Assembly (NCBI GenBank): GCA_003166335.1
Contig: PMWA01000050.1
Coordinates: 751-48,742, forward strand
Source: Methanobacterium sp.
GTDB lineage: Archaea > Methanobacteriota > Methanobacteria > Methanobacteriales > Methanobacteriaceae
Direction of reading: 5' to 3'
Length of the DNA: 47,992 bases
Within the stretch, counting starts at the first letter, position 1, and every line of letters starts with the position of its first letter. Made by a program: the position numbers and the translations under genes. Under the pieces are notes generated by a model. It searched no databases, had not been told where the DNA came from, and saw nothing but the letters and a program-made list of their open reading frames with translations. Of the stretch, positions 12,016 to 22,174 are shown one piece after another.

Positions 12016-12519
12016 GTGGCGAGAGATTTGAAAAAACGAAAACACATCTTTCTTGATGATAATGCGAAAATCGAGAGATTAGAAAAGAAAATAATAAAAT
12101 ACGAGAGATACAAACCTTACAATGAAAAAACAGCTGAAGAAGACTTTCGCTTAAATGAAAAACTCGCTTTACTGAGTATAGTTGCCAGCAATTTCATGAT
12201 GACAGGCCACAGCCCTACCTTGGTTTTAACCAAAAGAGAGGAAGGGGATGAAGTTTTGTTACCGGTAAGAGGAGGACAAAAAGACCGAGCTCGGGAAATA
12301 ATATCCAAAATTGATTTCAGGAAACTATATCGTGGAGGAAAAGGTAGAAAAACAGATCCTCTGATGATCATTACCGCAATCTGTATGTACGTTATGCGAC
12401 AAGACAATCGTAAAAGAGGTGACATAAGATATTCAGACGATTTTATTAGGAATGTTGGAGTTACAAAAGAAATTTATGGCCATATAAATGAAAAACTCGA
12501 TTCTTATCTAAAATCATGA
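12016..12519 (+). CDS. Hypothetical basic protein, possible single TFB-like cyclin repeat
   Basis: 167-codon ORF; by-eye similarity of [28 protein letters not shown] to TFB core repeat 1. Confidence 0.55.
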   Translation: MARDLKKRKHIFLDDNAKIERLEKKIIKYERYKPYNEKTAEEDFRLNEKLALLSIVASNFMMTGHSPTLVLTKREEGDEVLLPVRGGQKDRAREIISKIDFRKLYRGGKGRKTDPLMIITAICMYVMRQDNRKRGDIRYSDDFIRNVGVTKEIYGHINEKLDSYLKS

Positions 12520-12944
12520 AATCTGATAGGTCGCTCTATATAGTGATAGCAAAAATATTGATAACTTATTTAACATAATTTCAATTTCATATTAATTTTG
12601 ACATATTTCATTAATTATTATTCATAAAATACAACCCTATTTTTCATTTAAAAAAAGATAATGTTTTAGAATAAGTTATTTAATCGTTCGAGAGGTGACA
12701 TATTTCCCTCCCACTCATGATCTAAATCTCTCTCCAGAAATGTATTCTTTTTAAAATTCATTTATTATGATATGTGGTAATAATTTTCAGGTGAATCTTC
12801 AAATTAAATTTAATATCCTAAATGATTAATTATAAACGGGGATTTAATAACATATAATTTTAAATTTCTTGATAGAACTATTTCTTATTGAGTTTATTTT
12901 AGAATTGTGGTTATATTTTATTATAAAAAAATTTTATTATTAAT

Positions 12945-13583
12945 ATGAACTCAAAATGGTCTTCATTCAATATTCTAGGAATATTAGCCGTTTTTGTATT
13001 TACTATTTTTACTTTTATCTCAGTTGCATTATATCCAACGCCTTATAATCCTTTGTACGATTGGCTAAGTAATCTGGGAAATGTTAATCTAAACCCTTCT
13101 GGAGCATTGTTTTTTAATGGGGGTTGCATAATAACCGGTTTGATATTGATACCATTCATTGCAAGTCTTTACCGGTGGAATTCCCCAATGAACTGGAGCA
13201 AAATCTTCTTATTAATAGGAATAATTCTAGGTATTTTTGCTTCTATTTCCCTAATAGGTGTGGGTGTTTTTCCTGAAACTTATATTAAACTGCATGTTTT
13301 AGCAGCTTCTGGGGTTTTTGGATCTTTATTTTTAATAATAATTTTTTTGATTATTGCTCTTTTTAAACATCCCAAATTCATTCATTTTGTAGCTTACTGG
13401 GGAATTATAGCAGTTTTAATTGACCTGTTCTTTATCATTATACTTTCTCTACCTCAGTACGAGAACGCATTGGCAGGTTTTAATCATACTGTACCGATAC
13501 CAGGAATAGAATGGGCCTCCGTGTTCTCTTCCCTCCTCTGGGTGGGATTACTATCCTATAACATGAGTAAAAAAAAATTTTAA
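12945..13583 (+). CDS. DUF998-like membrane protein
   Basis: YNPLYDWLSNLG, FFN, GVGVFPE..LHVLAA motifs; about 6 TM helices. Confidence 0.75.
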   Translation: MNSKWSSFNILGILAVFVFTIFTFISVALYPTPYNPLYDWLSNLGNVNLNPSGALFFNGGCIITGLILIPFIASLYRWNSPMNWSKIFLLIGIILGIFASISLIGVGVFPETYIKLHVLAASGVFGSLFLIIIFLIIALFKHPKFIHFVAYWGIIAVLIDLFFIIILSLPQYENALAGFNHTVPIPGIEWASVFSSLLWVGLLSYNMSKKKF

Positions 13584-13624
13584 TTAAATTAATTCATATA
13601 ATCTTTGATGAGGGGAATAAAAAA

Positions 13625-14038
13625 ATGTCAATAGCCAGTAGACAGATAGAAACTTTATTTAATTATCTCAGAACTAGAGAAAATGAAATTTTTTTTAAAC
13701 AAGTAGCAGAAGATGTTAAGTGGACATTAATGGAAACCCATCCCTTGGCTGGGGACTATCACAGTAAACATAACTTTATTTCTAGTACTTTTGAACTTTT
13801 AAATCGAATTTTAAAAGATGGAGTTGTTTTAAAGGTTAGCAACATAATAGTGCAAAATGAAACTGCTGTAGTTAAAAGGCATTCACTTTCCACTGCCTTA
13901 ACTGAAATGCCATTTAATAAAACCTACTGTTGGGTGATTCATTTTAAAAATGGCTTCATAGTGGAAGTAATGGCCTACGTTGATTCTGCTCTGGTTCAGA
14001 AGGTTATTGATGATGATGAAATCGAGAGTATCGCATGA
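13625..14038 (+). CDS. SnoaL/NTF2-like (ketosteroid isomerase-related) protein
   Basis: EDVKWT..THPLAG.YHSK, PFN.TYCW, IVEV.AYVDSALV; ATGA overlap with tag. Confidence 0.75.
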   Translation: MSIASRQIETLFNYLRTRENEIFFKQVAEDVKWTLMETHPLAGDYHSKHNFISSTFELLNRILKDGVVLKVSNIIVQNETAVVKRHSLSTALTEMPFNKTYCWVIHFKNGFIVEVMAYVDSALVQKVIDDDEIESIA

Positions 14039-14610
14039 AAAATCGCTGCCCCTGGGCTCGGGACGACCCATTAATTATAGAATATCACGATCAAGAATGG
14101 GGAGTTCCCATCCACGATGATAGGCTTCTTTTTGAATTCATGATATTAGAAAGTGCTCAGGCTGGTTTAAGATGGACATTAATACTCCAGAAACGAGATA
14201 ACTACCGCAAAGCCTTCGATAACTTTGAAGTTAAGAAAGTGGCTGCTTATGATGAGCATAAGATTGAAGAACTACTTAATAATTCAGGTATAGTGCGTAA
14301 TCGTCTCAAAATTCAGGCTGCGGTGGCTAATGCACTTGCTGTTTTAGATATTCAAAAAGAATTTGTAAGCTTTGACGTTTACATCTGGAAATTCGTAGGT
14401 GACAAAACCATTCAAAACAGATGGAAAACAACGGCAGAAGTGCCCTCTTCTACTAATGAATCTCTGGAAATGAGTAAAGATCTGAAAAGTAGGGGATTCA
14501 AGTTTGTGGGGCCAACTATTTGCTATGGCTTCATGCAGGCTGTAGGTATGGTCAATGACCATGTTGTGGATTGTTTCAGGCATCACGAGCTGGAAGATAG
14601 TAGATTATGA
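14035..14610 (+). CDS. tag: DNA-3-methyladenine glycosylase I
   Basis: RCPW, YHDQEWG, LESAQAGL.W, GIVRNRLKI, GFKFVGPT, MVNDHVVDC. Confidence 0.95.
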   Translation: MKNRCPWARDDPLIIEYHDQEWGVPIHDDRLLFEFMILESAQAGLRWTLILQKRDNYRKAFDNFEVKKVAAYDEHKIEELLNNSGIVRNRLKIQAAVANALAVLDIQKEFVSFDVYIWKFVGDKTIQNRWKTTAEVPSSTNESLEMSKDLKSRGFKFVGPTICYGFMQAVGMVNDHVVDCFRHHELEDSRL

Positions 14611-15210
14611 AAGTTGAACGATCTTTTTATGAATTAGAGACTTTAATTGTTGCACAGATCTTTTAGGTTGTATTTTAGTTCATGAATCACAATATGGTGC
14701 TGTAAGTGGTATAATTGTAGAAACTGAAGCCTATCTAGGCACTAAGGATAAAGCTGCCCATTCTTACAATGGACGACATAGCCCCGCATGGACCCTCTCT
14801 ACAAAAAGGGTGGATTTGCTTATATCTAGCAGCTGCACGGTTATAACTACTGTCTCAACGTGGTGACTGAGAAGGAAGAAGTACCCCGGGCCTTGCTTAT
14901 CCGAGATTTAGAACCTGTTATGGGCTTAGAATTAATGGTAAAACATCGGAGTATAGATATATCTTCAGGCAAACTTAAAAATCTGACCAACGGATCATCT
15001 AAACTCTGCTAATCCCTGGGTATCGATACATCCCCTCAATTGGATGGATCTTTGTGAATATGAGCTCTTTATTACCACTGGGGAAGATTTAAAAGAGAAA
15101 GTTGTGGCCACACCCAGGATAAATATTCATTATGCTGAAGAGTATAAAAATAATCGTGGAGGTTTTTGATTAAGGGAAATGAGTTTGTTAGTCGTATTTA
15201 TAGGTCCTGA
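14607..15210 (+). pseudogene. mpg: MPG/AAG-type 3-methyladenine DNA glycosylase, disrupted
   Basis: ATG overlapping tag stop; [67 protein letters not shown]; in-frame stops near 14827 and 15010 plus frameshifts. Confidence 0.88.
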
Positions 15211-15433
15211 AAATCTTTAAATACAATTTTTTATATTATTATTAATAAAATAAAGTTTAAACTAAGATTTCATAAAAAATATTTTTAATAGATATCAAAT
15301 TGATTTTTACTAATTTATTGCATTAAATACGATAACTAAATAATAAATTATAATATATATTGATAATATTAAGTTATTATGATAAAAATAATTTTTATCT
15401 AAAAATTATTGAATAAAAAAAGTTGATTTTAAA

Positions 15434-16135
15434 TTGTCAGTATTATCACAACTTCTCATCCAGATTATTCCCCTCTCCTGGGCTGCTGCAGTTAGTCCGA
15501 CTGCTTTATCTCTTTTTATGGTTATGATGTCTTTAACGGATAATCCGAAGTTAGCTGGTCTTTCTTTCTATTTTGGTGCTATTACGGTTCTTTTGGTAAC
15601 GGTTTTCATTGGTATTCTGCTCGGTAATGGTTTATCATCAACTGGCCACTCTGATCCAGCTACCATCGCTTCCATCGACCTATTTCTCGGGGCAATTCTG
15701 GTCCTTCTGGGTGTAAGAAATCTTTTCAGTAAAGGAGGTGAAAGTGGTGGTAGTGCCTTATTTAAGTACTTAAACGTGGAAAGTACCGTTAGTAATTTGT
15801 CTAAATTTAGTCGTTTCTTCACAGTTGGCCTTTTAACCTTTTTAATTAATTTCAGCACCGCCATATTCGTTCTGGCAGCCTCTCGACAGATAGGACTGGC
15901 CAAAGCAGGATTATTTACAGATATTATATCTATTCTAGTGTTGACTATCATCACGCTAGCGGTGATAGAGGTGCCCCTTCTTTTCTTCCTCTTCCTGCCT
16001 GAAACCGCTGCAAAGGCCACAAAACCTATGAATCGATGGATAAACAAAAACGGGAGTTATCTAATCGCAGGATTCCTCCTGGCTATAGGTATCTTAGTGA
16101 TGTACAACGGAGCAGTTAGGTTGGGACTGTTTTAA
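15434..16135 (+). CDS. GAP/Sap-like (LysE-superfamily-type) membrane protein
   Basis: AAAVSP N-terminal motif, about 6 TM helices, C-terminal WINKN..LI pattern. Confidence 0.65.
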   Translation: MSVLSQLLIQIIPLSWAAAVSPTALSLFMVMMSLTDNPKLAGLSFYFGAITVLLVTVFIGILLGNGLSSTGHSDPATIASIDLFLGAILVLLGVRNLFSKGGESGGSALFKYLNVESTVSNLSKFSRFFTVGLLTFLINFSTAIFVLAASRQIGLAKAGLFTDIISILVLTIITLAVIEVPLLFFLFLPETAAKATKPMNRWINKNGSYLIAGFLLAIGILVMYNGAVRLGLF

Positions 16136-16333
16136 ATATTTTATTTACTTTGTTTTAAAAAATTTAATCCTATGATTAATTTAATTCATCTTTAAAGATG
16201 AAATCATTTTTTAAGAAATTTGAGTATAATTCGTAGAAATTTGATAAAAATTTTTAAATATTTATTTCTGCATCATTTTAAGCATAAGATTGCGGCCCAT
16301 GGATTCTATATGATAAAATGAAGGATTGATTAT

Positions 16334-17317
16334 GTGAAAAAGGATTTCAAGATACTTTCTAATAATTTTAAAGGTCCTTTGAATCTCTATTTAACCATCA
16401 GTAGTGGCCAAACATCACAACCTGCGTGGTTAAAAAAGAATGGATACTTCCATGAAATGATTATCGTGGATGATAAACCGTGTTTAATCAAAATCAAGTC
16501 GGGGAACCTAGAGGGGCCTCTAGAGGTTATTACAGAATCATCTGAAAAATTTGAAATTAAAGCTATAAAAAATCAGATAAATGAAATATTCGGATTAAAT
16601 GATAATTTAGATAAGTTATATGAATTTTTATTGAATGACCCTAAATTGGAACCAACCATAGAATTCTGTAGAGGATTAAGACTTTTCAAGGCCCATAATC
16701 CATTTGAATGTTTAATAGCCTCTATTTCTTCAGCCAATAATTCTATAATCCGCTGGAACCGCTCCATACAACTCATGAAAGAGAAATGGGGAAATGAGTA
16801 CCAGTTCCCCTCTGGAAAGTTCTACATCTTTCCCGATCCAGAGAAAATCCTCCAAGTGCCTGAACATGAGGTGGAAGAATTAGAAATATGTGGTGGGGAA
16901 AAAAACTTGGAAGAATGTGTTAATAATCTCAAATCATGTGGAGTTGGGTATCGGGGTAAATACATTAAACAAGCTGCTCGTATGGTTACAAAAGAGATTA
17001 ATTTTAACGAAGTTATGAAAATGGGATATGGGGAAGCTTTCCAAGCCCTGCTACAGATTCCTGGAGTGGGCCCTAAAGTAGCTGATTGCATTCTTTTATA
17101 TGGATTTGGTATGGAAGAGGCTTTCCCTGTTGATATATGGATTAAAAGGATAATCTGCGAGTTATACTTTAATGGAAAAGAGGTTTCAGTTCCTAAAATA
17201 AGATTGTTTGGTATTGAACAGTTTGGTGAATATGCAGGATACGTGCAACTTTATTTATTTCATTACGCTCGAAAATCTGGACTTCTGGAAAAATTACGTC
17301 CTAGAAATAAATTATAA
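16334..17317 (+). CDS. ogg: 8-oxoguanine DNA glycosylase (OGG1-type, HhH-GPD)
   Basis: TISSGQ, GLRL, PFECLIASI.SANN, GVGYR, IPGVGPKVADCILL, AFPVDIWI, YAGYVQLYLF. Confidence 0.92.
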   Translation: MKKDFKILSNNFKGPLNLYLTISSGQTSQPAWLKKNGYFHEMIIVDDKPCLIKIKSGNLEGPLEVITESSEKFEIKAIKNQINEIFGLNDNLDKLYEFLLNDPKLEPTIEFCRGLRLFKAHNPFECLIASISSANNSIIRWNRSIQLMKEKWGNEYQFPSGKFYIFPDPEKILQVPEHEVEELEICGGEKNLEECVNNLKSCGVGYRGKYIKQAARMVTKEINFNEVMKMGYGEAFQALLQIPGVGPKVADCILLYGFGMEEAFPVDIWIKRIICELYFNGKEVSVPKIRLFGIEQFGEYAGYVQLYLFHYARKSGLLEKLRPRNKL

Positions 17318-17717
17318 ACAAAATTGGATGTTAGAAAGTTGATTCTGATTTTATTATTAATATTTTAAGATTAGTTATCACCACGATATTTGACACAAGA
17401 CGATAGGTAAGAGGGAATCAAAAATTAATTTGAATATTTTTTCTATTAGAATTTTTAGATAAGTAATAATAAATGAGATTTTCTCAGTAAAAAAATGATC
17501 TGTGAATTTTTGTGAAAGAAATGGTGAATTTTACTATAAATTATTCAGGGCCCCAAGATTTTAAAATTCCAAAAATATTTGAGGAGTTAGTGGAGAATAA
17601 TATCATTCGTGTAAAAAATTTAAAATAAAAAAAGTTGGTATTAAAAAAAATATAATAGATTCTATTGATGATTTGAACCTAATTTTAAAAATGGAATATT
17701 TAGTCGAATAAATATTT

Positions 17718-17978
17718 TTATAGATTCAGAATTTTACTAGGCAAATAGCTGTAATAGATGATTATCCACACAAAGAAGAAGATCACAAGCAGGAGACCAT
17801 AGCGTCTTTCATTCTTATAAATTAGATATATGCCGAAAAATAGTGTAGGAAAAATCCCTATAAAGGCAACTAAATATCCCTGAGCTATGAAATATAATCC
17901 TATGAGATAAGTCAGAATACTTACAACGTAACTAATGTTAATCAATCTAGTATTTTTTGATTTTTTTACAAGTTTCAT
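17718..17978 (-). CDS. Small hypothetical membrane protein (about 3 TM)
   Basis: 86-aa ORF with basic N-terminus and three hydrophobic segments. Confidence 0.6.
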   Translation of the reverse strand: MKLVKKSKNTRLINISYVVSILTYLIGLYFIAQGYLVAFIGIFPTLFFGIYLIYKNERRYGLLLVIFFFVWIIIYYSYLPSKILNL

Positions 17979-18275
17979 TTATATCAGTATATCTATGGTT
18001 GATATCTCCTATAAAAACTATAGTTCGAATACTTAATACAAATCTTATCTCATATAAATATTCGATCATAAACACTCTTTATATCACCTCAACAATTCAT
18101 TTAACGCCCTTAAACTCTTTAAATCCTAATTAAAATTAAATAATTATTCCTTTATCTTAAATTATAAATATAATAATATTTAGAAAATATAAATAATCAT
18201 TAAATTTTTTCCTGAAATATTTAAATTAATCAAATGTAATATAATATTTAGTAAAACGTTCTCCAGGGGAATATA

Positions 18276-18875
18276 TTGAACCATCAAGGTAACTTCAAAA
18301 AATCATCGAATTCAACAAAAAACAATGAATTACAGCTTGAATCTATTAATTCAACCAATTCTGAAGATATTCCTGAACTAGACTACTTAAAAAAGATTCT
18401 GACTAGTGAAAAATTACCCACCCTTAAAGAAATCTCTAATATGATTATGGAAATAGCAAAAAAATCCACCGATAGCGAACACTGCTATGTTGCTTACGTA
18501 GATCCAAAAAATGGGGATAGTGTAGGGGTTTCATTTTCTCATATGACTGAAGAATGTGACGCCTATGCAAAATTGGGTGAAGCAAGGTTTCCCGTAAGAA
18601 AGAATGGAACATATGGTGGACTTTTAGGTTATTCATTGGATACCGGCAAATCATTTTATGTTCGTGATCCAGCATCCCACCCGGCAGCACATGGCATGCC
18701 TCCAGGACATGAACATGTGGATCAATTTCTATCGGTTCCAGTTATTTATGAAGGTAATATTTTGGGTCAGATAGTATTAGGGAATCCTAAAGAAAACTAT
18801 ACCCACCATCACCTAGAAATAGCAGATAAAATAGCAAATGTGTATAGTTTAGCCCTTAAAAAGTTATTATATTAA
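18276..18875 (+). CDS. Stand-alone GAF domain protein
   Basis: [37 protein letters not shown]....ILGQIVLGN....YT GAF pattern; no output domain. Confidence 0.82.
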   Translation: MNHQGNFKKSSNSTKNNELQLESINSTNSEDIPELDYLKKILTSEKLPTLKEISNMIMEIAKKSTDSEHCYVAYVDPKNGDSVGVSFSHMTEECDAYAKLGEARFPVRKNGTYGGLLGYSLDTGKSFYVRDPASHPAAHGMPPGHEHVDQFLSVPVIYEGNILGQIVLGNPKENYTHHHLEIADKIANVYSLALKKLLY

Positions 18876-19313
18876 CTTTTAAACTTTATTCTAACTTAAA
18901 ACTATAATAAACTAATAACAATAAAATGTCTATAAAAACCATTTATCAACCACATATAAAAATTTAGTCACTTTTACATTCAACAAACAATTTATTCACA
19001 TAATCTTCTATTAATAGTCAACTAATCAAAAGATGCTACATAATTCTTTATATTTTATTATATATTTCAGTTATTGTTGATATAAGTATATTCAATAACA
19101 TTACCCATTGAACAGGCTTTAAGGTCATATAATCCTTTTTCTGTTAGTTAAATGTTCTATTGTTAAATTTATAACTACTTCACTTTTGATGTTCTTTTTT
19201 ACACTTGAAGTGCACGTCTAATTTATTGATAATTTTAGATGCTGAAATTCTAAAAATGGAAAATTATGAATAAATAGGATTAATTACAAACATATTAATG
19301 TGGATGTGTTAAT

Positions 19314-19559
19314 TTGGATTATGAATTTAAAATTGGGGATAATGAGTGTATATTGTTTTATCAATCTTGTTTGAAGTTTAAAGAGGATAATATTCCTACT
19401 AATGATAATTGGGATAATTTAAGTAAAGCTAATTTGAATCAAGCTATTTCTTTAATGGAAGAACTTGATAGATGTGTCAAAGAAGACTCCCAATTAGAAG
19501 AACAATATAAATCTTGCATGGAATTCCTTCAAATATTCATACATCATGCTTCAAAATAA
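19314..19559 (+). CDS. Hypothetical protein
   Basis: 81-codon ORF, TTG start after GGATG; no recognised motif. Confidence 0.5.
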   Translation: MDYEFKIGDNECILFYQSCLKFKEDNIPTNDNWDNLSKANLNQAISLMEELDRCVKEDSQLEEQYKSCMEFLQIFIHHASK

Positions 19560-19670
19560 AAAAATTTGAAGTTTAGTGAGATAATAGTCAAAAAACTTAT
19601 CTAGACCAGATATCTTCATTGGAAACAAAAAGGAATATGAGTAAATAGAGTTATTTACTATTGAAATAAC

Positions 19671-19976
19671 ATGGAGTTTGTTAATTTGAATTATAAAGAT
19701 AAACTTAAGAATATGAGTGATAAAGAGCTTCACGAAGAAGCTATGACTTATTTCTTTGACATTACAGGACGTAAAAAAAAACCTGTAAGTCTTAATGATG
19801 AAGAAAAAGTTCAAGCGGAATCCTTATTTATAGAATCTATTAACAGAATGGAAAAAAATACTGAATCAATTGAACTCCTTAGAACTTGTGCTTTTGCTAT
19901 TAAAAAGCTTATAGATGAACCACACGACGAAGAAAGCAATATAATGTCATGGATCCGTGATTGGCAACCAAGATAA
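19671..19976 (+). CDS. Hypothetical helical protein
   Basis: 101-codon ATG-started ORF with natural protein-like composition; no recognised motif. Confidence 0.6.
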   Translation: MEFVNLNYKDKLKNMSDKELHEEAMTYFFDITGRKKKPVSLNDEEKVQAESLFIESINRMEKNTESIELLRTCAFAIKKLIDEPHDEESNIMSWIRDWQPR

Positions 19977-20169
19977 ATATTCTTAAGTCCAGGTATGAAA
20001 GTCTCGTTTCTGGTTTAATTTTAAATTTACCAAGAGGTTCTAAAAAGATTAATTAATTTTAATAGATTAATTTGGAATTAGGACTTAAATGCACTCAACA
20101 TCCAAAATTAAAATTGGAGAAGCACAACCACATCACACTACAAGGTTTAATGTTCATATTCTATGGGCG

Positions 20170-20330
20170 ATTTATAATGTTACTGGACGAATTACTTCTT
20201 GGTTTTTATGTAAAGCTACATTTGCACCATAGATTCATTAGAAACTTATTCTAAATTTCTATTATTCAAATGCTGTAGCTATACCTATTCCACCCAGCAT
20301 ATATATAGTTTTAGAGACCAATTAGAGCAT
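20170..20330 (-). pseudogene. Possible short-chain dehydrogenase N-terminal remnant
   Basis: AGGAGG RBS (20335-20340) then ATG immediately after the cyclophilin gene; fragments MLGGIGIATAFE* and IYGANVAL. Confidence 0.35.
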
Positions 20331-20343
20331 CTATCCTCCTTTA

Positions 20344-20769
20344 CTACTCATCAATTACAGTAACCTTGAGCATGACGTCTTTAGGTTTAATGTCATTGAC
20401 TACATCCATGCCCTTAACCACCTTACCAAATACAGTATGTACCCCATCCAAGTGGGGTTGAGGGGAATGAGTAATGAAAAATTGACTTCCACCTGTGTCT
20501 TTACCTGCATGGGCCATGGATAATGCACCAGTACCGTGTTTGTGAGGATTTATCTCACATTTTATAGTGTAACCGGGTCCACCAGTTCCATCGCCTCGTG
20601 GGCATCCTCCTTGAATAACAAAATCAGGAATTACACGATGGAATGTTAATCCATTATAAAATCCTGAATTTGCCAGTTTTCCAAAGTTAGCCACAGTATT
20701 GGGAGCTTCTTTATCAAATAGTTCCAGTTCAATTTTTCCTTTTTTAGTATCAATTATGGCTTTTTTCAT
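20344..20769 (-). CDS. Cyclophilin-type peptidyl-prolyl cis-trans isomerase
   Basis: [46 protein letters not shown]. Confidence 0.96.
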   Translation of the reverse strand: MKKAIIDTKKGKIELELFDKEAPNTVANFGKLANSGFYNGLTFHRVIPDFVIQGGCPRGDGTGGPGYTIKCEINPHKHGTGALSMAHAGKDTGGSQFFITHSPQPHLDGVHTVFGKVVKGMDVVNDIKPKDVMLKVTVIDE

Positions 20770-20934
20770 GTTTTCACCAGTAAGATATATTAATATAGAT
20801 TCTATTAAATAAACCTGTAAGATTAACTAAATTTCTGGATTAGGGTTGAATTGGATTTAATGAATTTATTCATAAGATTTTTCTGAAAATTAGTTCAGAT
20901 ATTGATTTCAAATTTATGTTCTAAGGTGATATTA

Positions 20935-22107
20935 TTGAATACAGAAGAAATTATGAGATTAGATAAGGAATATATTATGCAAACTTATGGTAGGCAACCT
21001 ATAGCAATTAAAAAAGGTAGCGGAGCTGTAGTTTGGGATGAGGAAGGCAAATCCTACATCGATTGTTTGGCAGGCATTGCTGTAAATAATGTGGGACATG
21101 CTCACCCAAAAGTGGCGGAAGCAATCTGTAATCAAGCTAAAATTCTTATTCATACTTCAAACCTTTATTATACTCAGGAACAGGTGGAATTAGCTAAATT
21201 ATTAGTGGAAGTTTCTCCTCATGATCTGGCTTTCTTCTGTAACAGCGGAGCTGAGGCTGTAGAAGGATCCATTAAATTAGCTCGTAAATATACCGGCAAA
21301 GGAGAGATCATTGCTATGGAAAACTCCTTCCATGGCCGTACTTTAACTGCATTAAGTGCTACAGGGCAGAAGAAATATCAGAAAGGTTTTGGTCCGTTAG
21401 CTCAGGGATTCAAACATGTACCTTATGGGGATATTAATGCTGTAGCTGATAATGTCAGTAAAAACACGGCTGCAGTCCTTGTAGAACCAATACAAGGTGA
21501 GGGCGGAGTAATTATGCCACCTAGTGGTTATTTGAAGAATTTAAAGAAGCTCTGCCAGGAAAACAATATTTTACTCATTTTTGATGAGGTGCAAACCGGT
21601 TTTGGACGTACAGGGAAGATGTTCGCATCTCAAACTTTTAAAGTAACACCCGACATCACAGCATTGGCCAAAGGGATAGCTGGTGGATTTCCTATGGGGT
21701 CCATCCTAGCCACTCGAGAAATCGGTAGTGCTTTCCAGCCGGGTGACCATGCAGCTACTTTTGGTGGTAATCCCTTAGCCTGTGCCGCTGCAAAAGCCTC
21801 AATTCAGGTAATTCTAGAAGAAGACCTACTGTCTAAATCCAGAGAAAATGGTGATTACTTTAAAACCAAGCTTAACTTTTTAAAGGATGATCATGGGATA
21901 GTTGAAGAAGTACGGGGATCAGGTTTGATGCTAGGTATGGAATTGGATGTAAACTGTGCCGAAATGGTAAATGAAATGCGAAACCTAGGAATACTGATAA
22001 ATTGTACAGCTGACAAAGTTTTACGCTTTGTACCACCTTTACTAATTGAAAAAAACCAAATTGACATAGTAACATGCAATTTAGATGATGTACTTCAGAA
22101 TTACTGA
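20935..22107 (+). CDS. argD: Acetylornithine aminotransferase
   Basis: [42 protein letters not shown]; start placed at TTG after AGGTGA RBS. Confidence 0.93.
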   Translation: MNTEEIMRLDKEYIMQTYGRQPIAIKKGSGAVVWDEEGKSYIDCLAGIAVNNVGHAHPKVAEAICNQAKILIHTSNLYYTQEQVELAKLLVEVSPHDLAFFCNSGAEAVEGSIKLARKYTGKGEIIAMENSFHGRTLTALSATGQKKYQKGFGPLAQGFKHVPYGDINAVADNVSKNTAAVLVEPIQGEGGVIMPPSGYLKNLKKLCQENNILLIFDEVQTGFGRTGKMFASQTFKVTPDITALAKGIAGGFPMGSILATREIGSAFQPGDHAATFGGNPLACAAAKASIQVILEEDLLSKSRENGDYFKTKLNFLKDDHGIVEEVRGSGLMLGMELDVNCAEMVNEMRNLGILINCTADKVLRFVPPLLIEKNQIDIVTCNLDDVLQNY

Positions 22108-22174
22108 ATCCACTATGAGCTACTAATTAATATTACTTGAAATATTCATTTTTCAGAAATTATATCATCTTAAG

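Noticed and set aside
17521..17628. 35-codon ORF MVNFTINYSGPQDFKIPKIFEELVENNIIRVKNLK
   Set aside because: Too short to assign; may be a gene remnant but there is no supporting motif
19199..19211. Isolated ORB-like 13-mer TTACACTTGAAGT
   Set aside because: Single copy with one mismatch, no cluster or initiator gene nearby; plausible by chance in AT-rich DNA
20072..20254. 60-aa plus-strand ORF
   Set aside because: No recognisable features and overlaps the minus-strand remnant; unsupported
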